Positions 21,401 to 24,789 of a stretch of DNA of 24,789 nucleotides are shown in pieces. The position numbers were made by a program, and so were the translations under genes. The stretch is from Utricularia gibba (lineage: Eukaryota; Plantae; Magnoliophyta). Within the stretch, counting starts at the first letter, position 1. Each line of letters starts with the position of its first letter. The notes under the pieces are model-generated. The model ran no database searches and was not told the DNA's origin. It was given only the letters and a program-made list of their open reading frames with translations. The DNA is taken from assembly GCA_002189035.1 (NCBI GenBank), contig NEEC01000052.1, positions 1 through 24,789 on the forward strand. The letters are read 5' to 3'.

Positions 21401-24400
21401 TAGCCTGCAACTAAAGCGATGCACTTATTAACGTTCGGTTTTCAGGGGCTTCCTACAAGGTTTTTCAAGGAACAACTTCTCGTTTTGTGTCGGCCACTCT
21501 CACTGGGCACTTGGTCCGGCGCTGCGTTCGGTCCGGCTCATGAGCCCAACCGGGTGCGAGTCGACGAAAATAATGATGCATTTGTTTAAAGTAAGATGTC
21601 ACGTGCACCCCACATGATTTTTTCAACAACTTACTTTATACTTGAGGAGGCGGTCTTGGGGGGCACCTAGAACGGGACAAAGGTCAGGTTGGGTTAGGGC
21701 CGAAAGTTAGTTGTAGCCTGGCAACTAAAGCGATGCACTTATTAACGTTCGGTTTTCAGGGGCTTCCTACAAGGTTTTTCAAGGAACAACTTCTCGTTTT
21801 GTGTCGGCCACTCTCACTGGGCACTTGGTCCGGCGCTGCGTTCGGTCCGGCTCATGAGCCCAACCGGGTGCGAGTCGACGAAAATAATGATGCATTTGTT
21901 TAAAGTAAGATGTCACGTGCACCCCACATGATTTTTTCAACAACTTACTTTATACTTGAGGAGGCGGTCTTGGGGGCACCTAGAACGGGACAAAGGTCAG
22001 GTTGGGTTAGGGCCGAAAGTTAGTTGTAGCCTGGCAACTAAAGCGATGCACTTATTAACGTTCGGTTTTCAGGGGCTTCCTACAAGGTTTTTCAAGGAAC
22101 AACTTCTCGTTTTGTGTCGGCCACTCTCACTGGGCACTTGGTCCGGCGCTGCGTTCGGTCCGGCTCATGAGCCCAACCGGGTGCGAGTCGACGAAAATAA
22201 TGATGCATTTGTTTAAAGTAAGATGTCACGTGCACCCCACATGATTTTTTCAAAACTTACTTTATACTTGAGGAGGCGGTCTTGGGGGCACCTAGAACGG
22301 GACAAAGGTCAGGTTGGGTTAGGGCCGAAAGTTAGTTGTAGCCTGGCAACTAAAGCGATGCACTTATTAACGTTCGGTTTTCAGGGGCTTCCTACAAGTT
22401 TTTCAAGGAACAACTTCTCGTTTTGTGTCGCCACTCTCACGGCACTTGGTCCGGCGCTGCGTTCGGTCCGGCTCATGAGCCCAACCGGGTGCGAGTCGAC
22501 GAAAATAATGATGCATTTGTTTAAAGTAAGATGTCACGTGCACCCCACATGATTTTTTCAACAACTTACTTTATACTTGAGGAGGCGGTCTTGGGGGCAC
22601 CTAGAACGGGACAAAGGTCAGGTTGGGTTAGGCCGAAAGTTAGTTGTAGCCTGGCAACTAAAGCGATGCACTTATTAACGTTCGGTTTTCAGGGGCTTCC
22701 TACAAGGTTTTTCAAGGAACAACTTCTCGTTTTGTGTCGGCCACTCTCACTGGGCACTTGGTCCGGCGCATTCGGTCCGGCTCATGAGCCCAACCGGGTG
22801 CGAGTCGACGAAAATAATGATGCATTTGTTTAAAGTAAGATGTCACGTGCACCCCACATGATTTTTTCAACAACTTACTTTATACTTGAGGAGGCGGTCT
22901 TGGGGGCACCTAGAACGGGACAAAGGTCAGGTTGGGTTAGGGCCGAAAGTTAGTTGTAGCCTGGCAACTAAAGCGATGCACTTATTAACGTTCGGTTTTC
23001 AGGGGCTTCCTACAAGGTTTTTCAAGGAACAACTTCTCGTTTTGTGTCGGCCACTCTCACTGGCACTTGGTCCGGCGCTGCGTTCGGTCCGGCTCATGAG
23101 CCCAACCGGGTGCGAGTCGACGAAAATAATGATGCATTTGTTTAAAGTAAGATGTCACGTGCACCCCACATGATTTTTTCAACAACTTACTTTATACTTG
23201 AGGAGGCGGTCTTGGGGGCACCTAGAACGGGACAAAGGTCAGGTTGGGTTAGGGCCGAAAGTTAGTTGTAGCCTGGCAACTAAAGCGATGCACTTATTAA
23301 CGTTCGGTTTTCAGGGCTTCCTACAAGGTTTTTCAAGGAACAACTTCTCGTTTTGTGTCGGCCACTCTCACTGGGCACTTGGTCCGGCGCTGCGTTCGGT
23401 CCGGCTCATGAGCCCAACCGGGTGCGAGTCGACGAAAATAATGATGCATTTGTTTAAAGTAAGATGTCACGTGCACCCCACATGATTTTTTCAACAACTT
23501 ACTTTATACTTGAGGAGGCGGTCTTGGGGGGCACCTAGAACGGGACAAAGGTCAGGTTGGGTTAGGGCCGAAAGTTAGTTGTAGCCTGGCAACTAAAGCG
23601 ATGCACTTATTAACGTTCGGTTTTCAGGGGCTTCCTACAAGGTTTTTCAAGGAACAACTTCTCGTTTTGTGTCGGCCACTCTCACTGGGCACTTGGTCCG
23701 GCGCTGCGTTCGGTCCGGCTCATGAGCCCAACCGGGTGCGAGTCGACGAAAATAATGATGCATTTGTTTAAAGTAAGATGTCACGTGCACCCCACATGAT
23801 TTTTTCAACAACTTACTTTATACTTGAGGAGGCGGTCTTGGGGGGCACCTAGAACGGGACAAAGGTCAGGTTGGGTTAGGGCCGAAAGTTAGTTGTAGCC
23901 TGGCAACTAAAGCGATGCACTTATTAACGTTCGGTTTTCAGGGGCTTCCTACAAGGTTTTTCAAGGAACAACTTCTCGTTTTGTGTCGGCCACTCTCACT
24001 GGGCACTTGGTCCGGCGCTGCGTTCGGTCCGGCTCATGAGCCCAACCGGGTGCGAGTCGACGAAAATAATGATGCATTTGTTTAAAGTAAGATGTCACGT
24101 GCACCCCACATGATTTTTTCAACAACTTACTTTATACTTGAGGAGGCGGTCTTGGGGGCACCTAGAACGGGACAAAGGTCAGGTTGGGTTAGGGCCGAAA
24201 GTTAGTTGTAGCCTGGCAACTAAAGCGATGCACTTATTAACGTTCGGTTTTCAGGGGCTTCCTACAAGGTTTTTCAAGGAACAACTTCTCGTTTTGTGTC
24301 GGCCACTCTCACTGGGCACTTGGTCCGGCGCTGCGTTCGGTCCGGCTCATGAGCCCAACCGGTGCGAGTCGACGAAAATAATGATGCATTTGTTTAAAGT

Positions 24401-24789
24401 AAGATGTCACGTGCACCCCACATGATTTTTTCAACAACTTACTTTATACTTGAGGAGGCGGTCTTGGGGGCACCTAGAACGGGACAAAGGTCAGGTTGGG
24501 TTAGGGCCGAAAGTTAGTTGTAGCCTGGCAACTAAAGCGATGCACTTATTAACGTTCGGTTTTCAGGGCTTCCTACAAGGTTTTTCAAGGAACAACTTCT
24601 CGTTTTGTGTCGGCCACTCTCACTGGGCACTTGGTCCGGCGCTGCGTTCGGTCCGGCTCATGAGCCCAACCGGGTGCGAGTCGACGAAAATAATGATGCA
24701 TTTGTTTAAAGTAAGATGTCACGTGCACCCCACATGATTTTTCAACAACTTACTTTATACTTGAGGAGGCGGTCTTGGGGGGCACCTAG

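Larger units (their letters stand above)
1..24789. repeat. Head-to-tail tandem array (satellite-like or concatemer) of a 313/314-bp monomer, about 80 copies
   Basis: The landmark TTGAGGAGGCGGTCTTG recurs at 95, 410, 723, 1036 ... 2337, 2650, 2963, 3276, 3590, 3904, 4218 ... 24138, 24450, 24761, mostly 313 or 314 bp apart. No inverted copy and no non-repeat sequence were seen, and the array runs off both ends of the window. Confidence 0.99.

Noticed and set aside
1-24789. A DRT2/Neo-like never-ending ORF created by concatemerisation
   Set aside because: The unit length (313/314) is not a multiple of 3 and all six frames stop in every copy. On the minus strand GTATAAAGTAAGTTGTTGA closes all three frames within 19 nt. 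No RT gene is present in the window.
1-24789. CRISPR array or 5S rDNA/tRNA tandem array
   Set aside because: There are no unique spacers between repeats, and I recognise no 5S rRNA, tRNA or spliced-leader sequence on either strand.

Overview
The whole 24,789-bp window is a single head-to-tail tandem array of one 313/314-bp monomer (about 80 copies, all in the same orientation, about 50% GC; my hand count for the 314-bp unit is A72 C70 G86 T86). I see no unique sequence, credible protein gene, rRNA/tRNA, CRISPR array or mobile-element gene. Every ORF in the supplied track is the same monomer re-read, and all six frames contain stops in every copy. Long runs of copies (2337-8606, 9849-13607) look identical by eye except for one G5/G6 homopolymer. 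Elsewhere the differences are mostly homopolymer contractions, short deletions and a few mosaic units joined at microhomologies. The array is therefore either a very young or homogenised satellite (a degenerate telomere-like motif hints at a subtelomeric one) or a rolling-circle concatemer of a ~314-nt circle, seen through long-read or consensus noise. I cannot identify the monomer from memory, and the sequence alone does not separate these origins.
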